Of a DNA stretch of 23,701 bases, positions 16,201-23,629 are shown one piece after another. The notes below the pieces were generated by a model. That model made no database searches. It saw only the letters and a program-made list of their open reading frames with translations, and was not told the DNA's origin. Numbering within the stretch: the first letter of the stretch is position 1; each line of letters begins with the position of its first letter. The position numbers and the translations under genes were made by a program. Origin of the DNA: Thermoplasmatota archaeon (GTDB taxonomy: Archaea; Thermoplasmatota; Thermoplasmata; GCA-020350865; JAUVCJ01); assembly GCA_030595765.1 (NCBI GenBank), contig JAUVCJ010000008.1, positions 1 to 23,701 of the forward strand, read 5' to 3'.

Positions 16201-18322
16201 ATATGGGATATGGGTCGGCGGCCACACAAAATGGAACATCTATGTGGGTAATATCATTGAGGATAATGCATGGGATGGCTACTTCAACAGTGGCGGCGTT
16301 GCCACTGACAACACCTTCTACCATAACACCTTCATAAACAACGACGCCGGAGGAGGAGGGGTCCAGGCCTACGACAACAGTGCCAACTCGTGGGACAATG
16401 GCTACCCTCAAGGCGGAAACTACTGGCATGACTATGCCGGCGTAGATGTGTTCTCGGGCCCCAACCAGGACAAAAATGGCTCGGACGGCTTAGGCGACAC
16501 TACATGGGCATTGGGGGGCACTGCTGGCAATAGCGACAATTACCCATTGTATGCCATCCCTGGGAACTACTCGGATGTGGTGGTCATGCTGCTGACCCCT
16601 GAGGATGGGGATGTGGTCTATGGCAAGGTGCATGTCAGCGCCCTTACAGTACCAGAAAAGGACACATTCATCATATTCTATGTAAACGGGATCCAGCATT
16701 CGATGGACGACACCTACCCGTTCGAGACAATTGTTGACACAACTAATTACCCGGATGCGGTCCCTCTGACCATTGAAGCCAGGGGTTCCCTAAGTGACGC
16801 AACAGATGAAGTGACTGTGATTCCGATCAACAATGTCGCAAGCGGAGATTACATCAGAGCACAAACGGTGCTGTTAGAATACCACCCAGAGCAGTTCGCC
16901 TCGGTGCTTGTTGACATCCAGAACGATCCGCCAATGTTTGATTCCCTAAAACTCTGGGTCAGATGCACTGACCCCTCTGGCAACGTGCTTCACAATGAAT
17001 ATTCAGTCTATCCTGATGACAACCAATATCGGGTACTTCTCCACCTTCCAACTGATGCAGTCCTGGGCGGTTATTCTGTTAGTGTTGAAGCAATTGCAAG
17101 CTACATGGCTTATGCGACATGGAACGCTACAGCCTATGCAACGTTTACTGTCACAGGCTCCGATGTCCGGTCAACGCTTGAAGGTCTTGAAGATTACCTC
17201 TACAACCTGGATGCCAACCTTTCGGATGTTATGGACGGGTTGGAGGATGTGCTTGATGCGACTGATGAGCTCAACCTGACCATCAAGGCCATCTCCATTT
17301 CTCTTGCTTCCACGAACGCCAGCCTTGCCCAGATATTGAGCGACCTGGGGCTTTCGCTTGACGATGTCAACGCCTCCCTGGCAAACACCATCTCATCACT
17401 GGAAGGGAACTTCCTTGGGGAGCTAGCCGGTGTTAATTCTTCACTAGCAGGCAAGATTCAGAACGCCCTTGCCGATATTACCGATGAAATCGGGGGTCTT
17501 AACGATACTCTCATGGCTCAACTTCTTCTGCTGGCAACCTCAGGGGATGTGGACGACCTCCAGGCCTGGATGGACTCTGTCATGGGCGCGCTTGACAGTG
17601 AGCTTGCCTCTGCTGAGCTGGCTCTAGCCAATCAGATTACTGGCCTTGAAGTAGCAACTGCGACCCATTACAATGACATTGTATCCGACCTGTCAGAGAC
17701 ACTTCTGGAGCTGTACACCCTCAGGGACTCTCTGGATGGTCACGACCGGGGATTGGATGACAGTATCGCCGGGCTTGAGGACCTGATGGCAGACATCGGT
17801 AGCACAACCATGACCGAGGTTCGCTCAAGGCTCACAGACATTTCCGGGAACATTAGCCAGTACTCACAAGCACTAGGTGATGACCTATCCGCCACCGCCG
17901 CCAATGTCGCCGACTTCGAGGCAGAGATGGAGGCCAGGCTCACAGACCTAAACGATACCCTGACCCAGCTTGATAAGCTTCAGAGCATCTTGGATGAAAT
18001 GGATGCCCTGGCCAATGAGCTGGAGCAGGCCGAGAGCGAGCTTAAAGGCGACATCGAAGGGTCCGGAGCTGAGAACTCGGACCAGAGCCAGACCATCATG
18101 CTCTTACTGTTCCTCGTTGTTGTGCTGACGATAATATCATTGCTCATGGGGATGATGGCTCTCAAGGGTGGCAAGATGGATACAGCTTTGATTGAAGAGC
18201 GCAAGGACATTGAAGAACCCACGGATACTGAACAAGCCAAAGGCATTGAACAGGCCAATGATGATGAAAAGGCCGTGGACATTGAAGATATCGATGATAT
18301 TGAGCAAAACAAGATGGTTTGA
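13220..18322 (+). CDS. Giant cell-surface protein (~1,700 aa): signal peptide, >20 right-handed parallel beta-helix (PbH1) repeats, ~300-aa coiled-coil stalk, C-terminal TM anchor, acidic cytoplasmic tail; very rich in N-glycosylation sequons
   Basis: ATG 13220 preceded by GGAGGT and giving the signal peptide MSRTRWFIYSVPCLLVICLSILFLTAGG. The upstream ATG 13163 overlaps the TATA element. Long arrays of ~22-aa repeats of the form (N/D)xx..G(I/V)x(I/L)xxSxxxxIxxN. Dozens of NxT/NxS motifs. Residues ~1330-1620 are a Leu/Asp/Ala/Ser-rich heptad-like region. TM helix IMLLLFLVVVLTIISLLMGMMAL, then a tail ending DIEDIDDIEQNKMV. Confidence 0.85.
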   Translation: MSRTRWFIYSVPCLLVICLSILFLTAGGGLNVQGATIIADQGGNGDFLTIQDAVDNAADGDTIRIWNGTYTENVVVNRTLTIIGNTTSNVTIDGDQDAPVVNITAGHVNITGLKIVSSSTNSDIGIVVINTTQASITRVNFTNLETGIQIYNSSHTSISWINISGIDDGIYLQKSNYTDITDVNLTNLDNGIKIYDTSNCNITRVNLTDMQDGIYLWNSTSCNLTGISTNDITYAIQFVKSSQSTVYNSLFYNIHAGVTFQESNNITVTSNNVSLVGNSAFIAYYSDYISIINNEAYDIEQTDVAFIWATHVTLSGNSFQRGIVWEMEQELMQWNTHNVDGTNLVGGKPLLYLSDQVGGIIPPGLGQIVLVNCSQMIIEDQSINNTHISIQIAFSSNIDIWNNTLFNNSHGLYLFHSSYIFIYNNEIASLDGGAVVMEYVDYSGIYQNNLNDNDFGIYMLFSEYNVISGNTLNNIPGGCIGMELSPYNTVTDNEMLNVSAGIGIGDSGGSVFTGNVMVGGGFDIYGTTLWDWNSLVLDTSNTVDGKYIRYVVDQIGGSVPIADTAQIILVNCTGVNVTGHSISDRHDAVDVAYSFGINIFGNNLTGNTRGVNFYETRNSMVFSNNLSSNDYGAVQLGHSPDNEVSNNNVSSSTGTMFSVECSENTVLESNWAVHGDNNDIRVTWSNNTVIHNNTLLGKSMIKIDRTHWAVMTNNTLVKGIVWVSDSPNTWVEGNYFNDSQEAGVSVQDSPNSSFIGNIINNASVRGLAFYDSPDCLVKDNYLYDNGWQAIALGEGSDRATLLNNTVISSGLGGISMWSDGHTLIENTITGSSSQGILLSESNDITLTNNQVTLNGEAGVEVKMSENIVISGGTFSSNGMQGIDVWSSSHVMISDVTITFNTYQGITIDDSPYVSIINNDISNNLDEGLRIYTTDNSTISGNMFDSNTDMGLFVDDINDTEISGNTITGSTFEGLRLQGSLRNTISNNEIISNARYGIWVGGHTKWNIYVGNIIEDNAWDGYFNSGGVATDNTFYHNTFINNDAGGGGVQAYDNSANSWDNGYPQGGNYWHDYAGVDVFSGPNQDKNGSDGLGDTTWALGGTAGNSDNYPLYAIPGNYSDVVVMLLTPEDGDVVYGKVHVSALTVPEKDTFIIFYVNGIQHSMDDTYPFETIVDTTNYPDAVPLTIEARGSLSDATDEVTVIPINNVASGDYIRAQTVLLEYHPEQFASVLVDIQNDPPMFDSLKLWVRCTDPSGNVLHNEYSVYPDDNQYRVLLHLPTDAVLGGYSVSVEAIASYMAYATWNATAYATFTVTGSDVRSTLEGLEDYLYNLDANLSDVMDGLEDVLDATDELNLTIKAISISLASTNASLAQILSDLGLSLDDVNASLANTISSLEGNFLGELAGVNSSLAGKIQNALADITDEIGGLNDTLMAQLLLLATSGDVDDLQAWMDSVMGALDSELASAELALANQITGLEVATATHYNDIVSDLSETLLELYTLRDSLDGHDRGLDDSIAGLEDLMADIGSTTMTEVRSRLTDISGNISQYSQALGDDLSATAANVADFEAEMEARLTDLNDTLTQLDKLQSILDEMDALANELEQAESELKGDIEGSGAENSDQSQTIMLLLFLVVVLTIISLLMGMMALKGGKMDTALIEERKDIEEPTDTEQAKGIEQANDDEKAVDIEDIDDIEQNKMV

Positions 18323-18431
18323 TTCATTAATGCCAAAGAGCTTTGACATAAAACAAAATAGATGTACCTGGCTAGGATGCAAATCACACGCATAAGAAGA
18401 TGATATCACGATTTTCAAAAGAATACTCATA

Positions 18432-18737
18432 GTGACCGACGGCTCGAAACTTGCCGAGAACGTTGTGCGATATTGTGCTCAGAATTTGCCAGAAGCTGAA
18501 TTTCATGTTTTGGGAATGGTCAACACCATAAGCATTGGGTCTACCCACAGGACAATGATGCTGACTGAAGTTCTCAAAAAGATGGCTAAGAAAGCTGTCA
18601 ATAAGACAGCTAAACAATTGCAAGACCTCGGCATTAAAAAACTGCATAAACACGTATTGACAGGTGTTCCCATCATGCTCCTTGGTCTAGGGATCACAAC
18701 ACTGATAATCATCGTATGTCCGGTGCTACCGTTCTGA
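18432..18737 (+). pseudogene. Universal stress protein (UspA-family)-like gene, apparently disrupted: no in-frame ATG start and an internal deletion
   Basis: The frame reads ...FKRILIVTDGSKLAENVVRYCAQNL...FHVLGMVNT, a canonical USP N-terminus, and ends ...CPVLPF, similar to the USP C-terminal CPVLVV. No ATG, GTG or TTG precedes KRILIV in frame. The only ATG (18400) is in the +1 frame. The ORF is ~30 aa shorter than typical USPs and lacks the G-x2-G-x9-G(S/T) ATP-binding motif. Confidence 0.4.
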
Positions 18738-18793
18738 TCTGGCACTTAGCGAGATAACACATATAGAAAGCATTCATCAGTGCAATTATCATT

Positions 18794-19309
18794 TCAGCTC
18801 TCAAGCTGCTCTCTGATTGCATCAATATACGGAGATAGAAACTTGGCGATCTCATTCATCATCTGTTCATCGATCTTGCAAAAAGCTGATGGGTCGTTGC
18901 TGTCGATATCGATCTCTGCAACTACCTTATCCTGGTGCCAGATCGGGACAACTAGCTCGGAACGTGTTGTGGTGCTGCATGCAATGTGTCTTGGGTCTGC
19001 ATGAACATCTGGAAGGTTGATGGTCCTCTTCTTCCTTACTGCGGCTCCACATATTCCTTTCTCGATGGAAATGGTGGTGTGAGGAGTGGGCGAGCCCTTG
19101 AAAGGCCCCAATTTCAGCACGCCGCCGCAAACAACATAGATGCCAACCCAGTTGAAATGATCGAAGCCCATATGTAGCTGGCCTACAGCCTCCTTGGCAG
19201 GATCCTTTGAGGATGTTATCTTTTTTATTAGGGTTTTGTAGGTCGATGTTAGATTTTCTCCATAAACCATTGAATTCACTTCCAGTAGAACTGCGTTTCT
19301 CCCAGTCAT
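18794..19309 (-). CDS. GAF-domain free methionine-(R)-sulfoxide reductase (fRMsr/YebR family)
   Basis: Motifs NWVGIY, LGPFKG, GICGAA, TINLPDVHADPRHIACS and SELVVPI match the fRMsr family (NWvGFY...GPFqG...GvCG.A...V.DV...PgHIACd..S.SEiVvPi). ~170 aa. ATG 19309; a TTG lies at 19312. Confidence 0.85.
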   Translation of the reverse strand: MTGRNAVLLEVNSMVYGENLTSTYKTLIKKITSSKDPAKEAVGQLHMGFDHFNWVGIYVVCGGVLKLGPFKGSPTPHTTISIEKGICGAAVRKKRTINLPDVHADPRHIACSTTTRSELVVPIWHQDKVVAEIDIDSNDPSAFCKIDEQMMNEIAKFLSPYIDAIREQLES

Positions 19310-19472
19310 CAAACAATTATGACTGGTAAATACCCTTAATGTGTGCGTCTAAATATCCTTTTCGCTGGAACTCTATTGACCTGTTATTGAGTTATTGTCT
19401 TTTGTAGCCAAATATGTAGCTCCAACGGATATCCTCATACCAATAATTCACAACTGTTCACTCCTTGCACGA

Positions 19473-20222
19473 CTACAGTATCTTCTGCAATACATCAGCC
19501 AGGTCGTGTACTTGTATGGTGGTGCCGCAGTAATTGCAGAATTTAAGGCCTTGGGGGCTAGAATCGCCTGATATCTCAATGGCAGCAGAGCATTTTGGGC
19601 AGTTGTAAGTGGTTGTCAGGCCGCCCTTGCGCATCTGCTCTATCAATCGGTTCACATCGACAGCCACGTTAGTGGTCTGCTTGGCCTTGCTCCGCACCCT
19701 ACCAGCCTCCTCCCACAAGCCAAGCTCGTCGTATAAACGGCCGCATTCCTCGAACTTCCCAGCAGTCTCGTAGTTTTTTGCCATTGCCATCTTGGAATTG
19801 CGCTCAAAGTCCATTCCCTGGTCATAGGCCTGGATAAGCTGCGGAGGTATGGCATCCCTGATGATGACAACCCTTTGGCCCTCCAACGTGAATGTTGATA
19901 TTAGCACTTCCATCTGGTTCCGAACGTACCTGAAATGGACTGGCATTTGCTGTTGTATGAAACCTGTTAGGCAGCCAATGTTGCAGAACTTCAGCGGCCT
20001 GTTCATTCCAGAATGGTATGGATCGCTCTTCCACGCATCGAAATCACGCTGTCTCTTGTTTTGAAGCACACCGAAGCGTTCATTACGAAGTGTGTTGTAA
20101 AAATCCGAATCGATGGCCGGCAGATGCACAGTGCATGAGGCGCACATCTGTTTTTTGCAATTTGAACAGGCCAGAGTGGAAAGGAACATCCCTTTCTTGC
20201 CACAGTTGAAGCATTGCGCCAT
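19473..20222 (-). CDS. Multi-zinc-ribbon protein of unknown function (250 aa)
   Basis: ATG 20222 (MAQCFNCGKKGMF...). The longer ORF to 20390 overlaps the upstream gene. N-terminal C-x2-C-x10-C-x2-C plus CASC. C-terminal C-x2-C-x17-C-x2-C ribbon (CPKCSAAIEISGDSSPQGLKFCNYCG). Central helical region with a repeated (K/W)(F/E)EE(C/A)GR motif. Confidence 0.65.
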   Translation of the reverse strand: MAQCFNCGKKGMFLSTLACSNCKKQMCASCTVHLPAIDSDFYNTLRNERFGVLQNKRQRDFDAWKSDPYHSGMNRPLKFCNIGCLTGFIQQQMPVHFRYVRNQMEVLISTFTLEGQRVVIIRDAIPPQLIQAYDQGMDFERNSKMAMAKNYETAGKFEECGRLYDELGLWEEAGRVRSKAKQTTNVAVDVNRLIEQMRKGGLTTTYNCPKCSAAIEISGDSSPQGLKFCNYCGTTIQVHDLADVLQKIL

Positions 20223-20301
20223 ATGATTTGATATCTGATTGAGAATATTAAAGAATATCTCATAGGTATCATAGGCAAGATCAATCTGACTTTTTCTTCC
20301 C

Positions 20302-21066
20302 TTATACCACTCTTGGCACCCGCTCCTTCCACTCCTCAAAGCCATCCAGGTCATCAATCTCAGCCTCTTCCACGTAGCACAAGCGCACATACATCACCAG
20401 CAGGATAGGGGCGAAGATGTTGACCAGCAAAGTCGGCCAACCGAACCACCAGCCCACGATTATCAGGATGAACCCTAGGTACTGGGGGTTGCGCGATACT
20501 GCGTAAACTCCGGTTGTGACCAGGGCTTTGCCCTGCTTGATACCCCTGAATAGCTGGTACCAGGCCACCACGATCAGGATAGAACCTACCGTCATGATGA
20601 TGAGGCCATAGGTCATTGGGATCGAAAGATATAGCTGGACTCCCAGAAAATTGATGTTGAATGGGGTGAGTAGGCCTGGAGATGGGGCACCTGCCAAGCC
20701 AGCGCTGGGCCCGGCAATAAGGAGGATGAGCAGGGGGATGCCATACATCTCAACGAACAGGCTCACAATGAAGGCACCAACCAGGGTGTACTCCTTCCAG
20801 TCCACCTTGCGCCTAAAAGAGAGTGGTATCAGAAAGCTCAAGAATATCGCAATGTTGGCAATAACCACATGCCACTGGCCTACAACCACGTCAGGTGCGA
20901 TGGAACCGCTGATATGAGCCTGGAAGTGGTCGATGAAATGAGGCAGGAACAGCAGAATGGATAGGGCTGTTGCAACAATTATTCCACGGGCCAGGAGATT
21001 CCAACGGGAAAGCCCAAGAAAGCTGATGGAGTTGCCAGAGGTGGGGGTTGCTGGTGCCTCGTTCAT
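20302..21066 (-). CDS. Membrane methyltransferase of the ICMT/PEMT (isoprenylcysteine carboxyl / phospholipid methyltransferase) family
   Basis: Polytopic membrane protein. The C-terminal signature RNPQYLGFILIIVGWWFG...LLVMYVRLCYVEEAEIDDLDGFEEWKER matches the ICMT-family R.P.Y.G...G and EE..L...FG..Y..Y motifs. Start is ambiguous: ATG 21066 chosen, GTG 21087 possible. Confidence 0.75.
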   Translation of the reverse strand: MNEAPATPTSGNSISFLGLSRWNLLARGIIVATALSILLFLPHFIDHFQAHISGSIAPDVVVGQWHVVIANIAIFLSFLIPLSFRRKVDWKEYTLVGAFIVSLFVEMYGIPLLILLIAGPSAGLAGAPSPGLLTPFNINFLGVQLYLSIPMTYGLIIMTVGSILIVVAWYQLFRGIKQGKALVTTGVYAVSRNPQYLGFILIIVGWWFGWPTLLVNIFAPILLVMYVRLCYVEEAEIDDLDGFEEWKERVPRVV

Positions 21067-21104
21067 TAGACTGGCAGATGGATGCACTGCATAAACCTTT
21101 TCGG

Positions 21105-21121
21105 GATAGATAATATATGTG
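21105..21121. promoter_or_regulatory. AT-rich TATA element (GATAGATAATATATGTG) between divergent genes; possible bidirectional leaderless promoter
   Basis: TAATATAT is centred ~27 bp upstream of ATG 21141 on the plus strand and ~27 bp from GTG 21087 on the minus strand. Confidence 0.35.
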
Positions 21122-21140
21122 TTTTAATATGGTGAAGAAT

Positions 21141-21764
21141 ATGGAAAAAATAGATTTCAAAAAGGAGCTGAAGCACCTATATGTCCCTGGAAAAAAGGAC
21201 GTTGTCACAGTTGAGGTTCCTGAACTCAAGTTTCTGATGATCGATGGGGAAGGGGACCCCAAGACCTCCCAGGGTTACAAGGACGCCATAGAGGCTCTGT
21301 TCGCTGTATCCTATGACCTCAAGTTCAGCATCAAAAGAGGGCCACTGGAGATCGATTACGGGGCCATGCCACTCGAAGGCCTGTGGTGGGTGGATGACAT
21401 GAGCAAGTTCAGCATCGAGGAAAAAGGCGATTGGAAATGGACTGCCATGATAATGCAGCCAGGCAATGAGGACTTTGAGATATCTCAGGAGGATGTGAAA
21501 CAATCCATCGCACGAGTACAAAAGAAAAAAGGCCTGGTCGCCCTGCCTAAATTGAGATTTGAATTATATGACGAGGGACACTCTGCCCAGATAATGCACA
21601 TCGGCCCTTTCTCAGATGAAGGCCCTACCATCGAGAAGATCCATGATCACATTGAGAAGAGCGGGCATAAGAGAAAAGGCCTGCATCATGAGATCTATCT
21701 TAGCGACTTTAGAAGAACTGCGCCAGAGAAATTAAGGACAATTATTAGGCAACCGTTTGAGTGA
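21141..21764 (+). CDS. GyrI-like small-molecule-binding domain protein (AraC-effector-binding / SbmC-like fold)
   Basis: Begins MEKIDFKKELKHLYVPGKK...VEVPELKFLMIDGEGDP and includes EGLWW and HHEIYLSD.RRTAPEKLRTIIRQP, the hallmark pattern of PF06445-type proteins. ATG 21141 is preferred because of the TATA spacing; upstream ATGs exist at 21117 and 21129. Confidence 0.8.
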   Translation: MEKIDFKKELKHLYVPGKKDVVTVEVPELKFLMIDGEGDPKTSQGYKDAIEALFAVSYDLKFSIKRGPLEIDYGAMPLEGLWWVDDMSKFSIEEKGDWKWTAMIMQPGNEDFEISQEDVKQSIARVQKKKGLVALPKLRFELYDEGHSAQIMHIGPFSDEGPTIEKIHDHIEKSGHKRKGLHHEIYLSDFRRTAPEKLRTIIRQPFE

Positions 21765-21777
21765 AAATTATAAAGAT

Positions 21778-22563
21778 TTATTCTATCCCTAATTTTTCCA
21801 AAATATCCAGAACCCCTTGGAGCGCTTCATCGAAATCTGGCAGGTTCTTCATCTGGTGCCTAAGCGAGCTTTCCCATGCTGCTCCATAATATTTCTCCTT
21901 CCCATTGAAATAAGTGATTTGTGGTGTTATTCCTTTAAACTTGCACTTCTGCATAAATATGTCCTGTAGACCATTTTTATCAACGTGTTCCCACAGGCAG
22001 TATACATCATAAAGATCACGCGGCCTTATGCGCTGAAATAGTGCCCTGACCTTTTCAGCTACAGTTTCCTGTAAAGAATACACATCTACAATAGCATTGT
22101 ATTCATCCGAATAATTGTGGAAGACCGGCAGTTGTTCAGAGGGGGTCATCAATATTTCATTTTCAGTCTTTGATACATCCAGTTTTATCTTTATCGGTGC
22201 CCCTGCCCTTCTCAATATCCTAAAATAGACTTTGCCAACCCACCCATTCTCATTTTGTTCTAGCACAACCCTATCCTCAAAATCAATGTTGGCCTCATCG
22301 CGAGCAAAATCTATACATTCACGAATCACTTCTTTCAAGCGGTCATCATTCACCTGGCTAACCATTGTGAAGTCAAGGTCATCGGAAAATCTATAGTTGT
22401 TGATGTGGGTCTTTCTTATCGCAGTGCCACCCTTGAACACCATCCCCCTTTCCTTTGAATACAGGGCTTTCAAGAACCAGTTCTGGGCATAGTCCCTTTC
22501 GATAGTTGATGTAGGCACCCCATTGGCTCTTGCATGTTTTGCTATCTCTGTTGCGGATATCAT
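21778..22563 (-). CDS. AbiEii/AbiGii-family nucleotidyltransferase toxin (type IV toxin-antitoxin system)
   Basis: N-terminal IERDYAQNWFLKAL...MVFKGGTAIRKTH...RFSDDLDF matches the AbiEii/DUF1814 signature. The 4-bp ATGA overlap with the upstream antitoxin gene is typical of toxin-antitoxin operons. AT-rich codon usage. Confidence 0.9.
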   Translation of the reverse strand: MISATEIAKHARANGVPTSTIERDYAQNWFLKALYSKERGMVFKGGTAIRKTHINNYRFSDDLDFTMVSQVNDDRLKEVIRECIDFARDEANIDFEDRVVLEQNENGWVGKVYFRILRRAGAPIKIKLDVSKTENEILMTPSEQLPVFHNYSDEYNAIVDVYSLQETVAEKVRALFQRIRPRDLYDVYCLWEHVDKNGLQDIFMQKCKFKGITPQITYFNGKEKYYGAAWESSLRHQMKNLPDFDEALQGVLDILEKLGIE

Positions 22564-23327
22564 TCGATATTCTCCAGAGTATCTTCAGCTAGATTAATAA
22601 TTAATTTCCATTTGCTACTCTTCTCGCCCTCATGGGGCATTGAAGGATCCAGGTGGAGATAGTTGCTTATATTTCTCTTAAGTGGCGGCAGATGAATATC
22701 TATTCCATAATAATCACAGAGAAATCCGAGCCTTCTTATCACGCCTGTGTTATTGATCTGATTTGCGTAGTCTACAATTATGGTCTTATCAAACGATTGT
22801 TCTTTTATGCCTTTTATCACCTCAATGATCCCTCCAGAATATCTGGGCCAGTCTAAACAATCGATGATCGTTTTTTCCTTGTCTGTGATGAATATCTTAT
22901 GATTATCGAACCAGGCTGCCTTTAACCCAAAGAGCTTCTGGGGCTTGATCTTGATTATTTTATACCTGACCCCAAACACTTCCAGGCCCAGCTTTTTCTT
23001 TCGGGAGGTTGTTTGGATAAAGACAGTCGATGGAATCTGATCTGTGAAGCCGTAGTAATGCAATGCACTCCAATAAGAGATGCAATAGGGCTCAACAAGC
23101 ATGGAGCCAATAACAAATTCGTTGAGAGTGTATTTGCCCTTTTCAGCGCTAAGGGGTATTATTATGTACTTTCCATTTTCGATGCGCTCTATCCATCCTT
23201 GTTTTTCCAATCTATATAAGAGTTTTTTAAGGCCACTATCACTCATCTGGGTAGTCTTTCTCATATCATTTATAGTAAATACTTCGCTTAGCTCTGAGAA
23301 TTTATCAACAAGATTTGATTTTCTCAT
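22560..23327 (-). CDS. AbiEi-family antitoxin / transcriptional regulator (type IV toxin-antitoxin system)
   Basis: 255 aa. An N-terminal winged-helix-like region (LKKLLYRLEKQGWIERIENGKY) and a C-terminal AbiEi_4-like region. Lies immediately upstream of the AbiEii toxin and overlaps it by 4 bp. Confidence 0.8.
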   Translation of the reverse strand: MRKSNLVDKFSELSEVFTINDMRKTTQMSDSGLKKLLYRLEKQGWIERIENGKYIIIPLSAEKGKYTLNEFVIGSMLVEPYCISYWSALHYYGFTDQIPSTVFIQTTSRKKKLGLEVFGVRYKIIKIKPQKLFGLKAAWFDNHKIFITDKEKTIIDCLDWPRYSGGIIEVIKGIKEQSFDKTIIVDYANQINNTGVIRRLGFLCDYYGIDIHLPPLKRNISNYLHLDPSMPHEGEKSSKWKLIINLAEDTLENIE

Positions 23328-23384
23328 TTTTATACACCATAGTTCCGGTTATTGTCCACTTTGGTGCATACAATTGAGACGCGG

Positions 23385-23399
23385 GATATATATAATTAT
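23385..23399 (-). promoter_or_regulatory. TATA-like element (minus-strand ATAATTATATATATC) upstream of the abiEi-abiEii operon
   Basis: Strong alternating AT tract ~60 bp upstream of ATG 23327 on the coding strand. Confidence 0.25.
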
Positions 23400-23629
23400 C
23401 GTTTTGAATGTTTCAATCATTGCCCGACAAAAGCAATCTACACGAACAAGTTCAAAGGAGAAGGGCATTACCCCGAACCTATTGAGCAGTTGAAGGAGAA
23501 GCTGAAGGCTTGATGGATAAGCCATGTAGTATGTACAATGGAGGAAATCCGATAATGGAAAAGCGCGTGTATGAAGCAATATTTTTTAAGCAGTTAATCT
23601 TATATTGTTCTAAATTCAGGGATGATTGC

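Noticed and set aside
14080-18430. Multiple 60-140-aa ORFs antisense to or out of frame within the giant gene (e.g. 15051-15338, 15152-15460, 17980-18393)
   Set aside because: They are embedded in a continuous 5.1-kb coding frame with a clear repeat architecture. They are Cys/Ser-rich low-complexity translations typical of antisense reading of repetitive coding DNA.
20302-20390. Zinc-ribbon protein starting at 20390, overlapping the methyltransferase gene
   Set aside because: The first 56 codons (MCACATWKRLRLMTWMALRSG…) overlap the well-conserved C-terminus of the ICMT-like gene. The internal ATG 20222 begins directly at the first CxxC ribbon.
23101-23579. ORFs 23101-23493 (+) and 23349-23579 (-)
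   Set aside because: They overlap the abiEi coding region or its promoter and are AT-rich, low-complexity translations. The only plausible new gene is the one starting at 23555/23630 on the plus strand.
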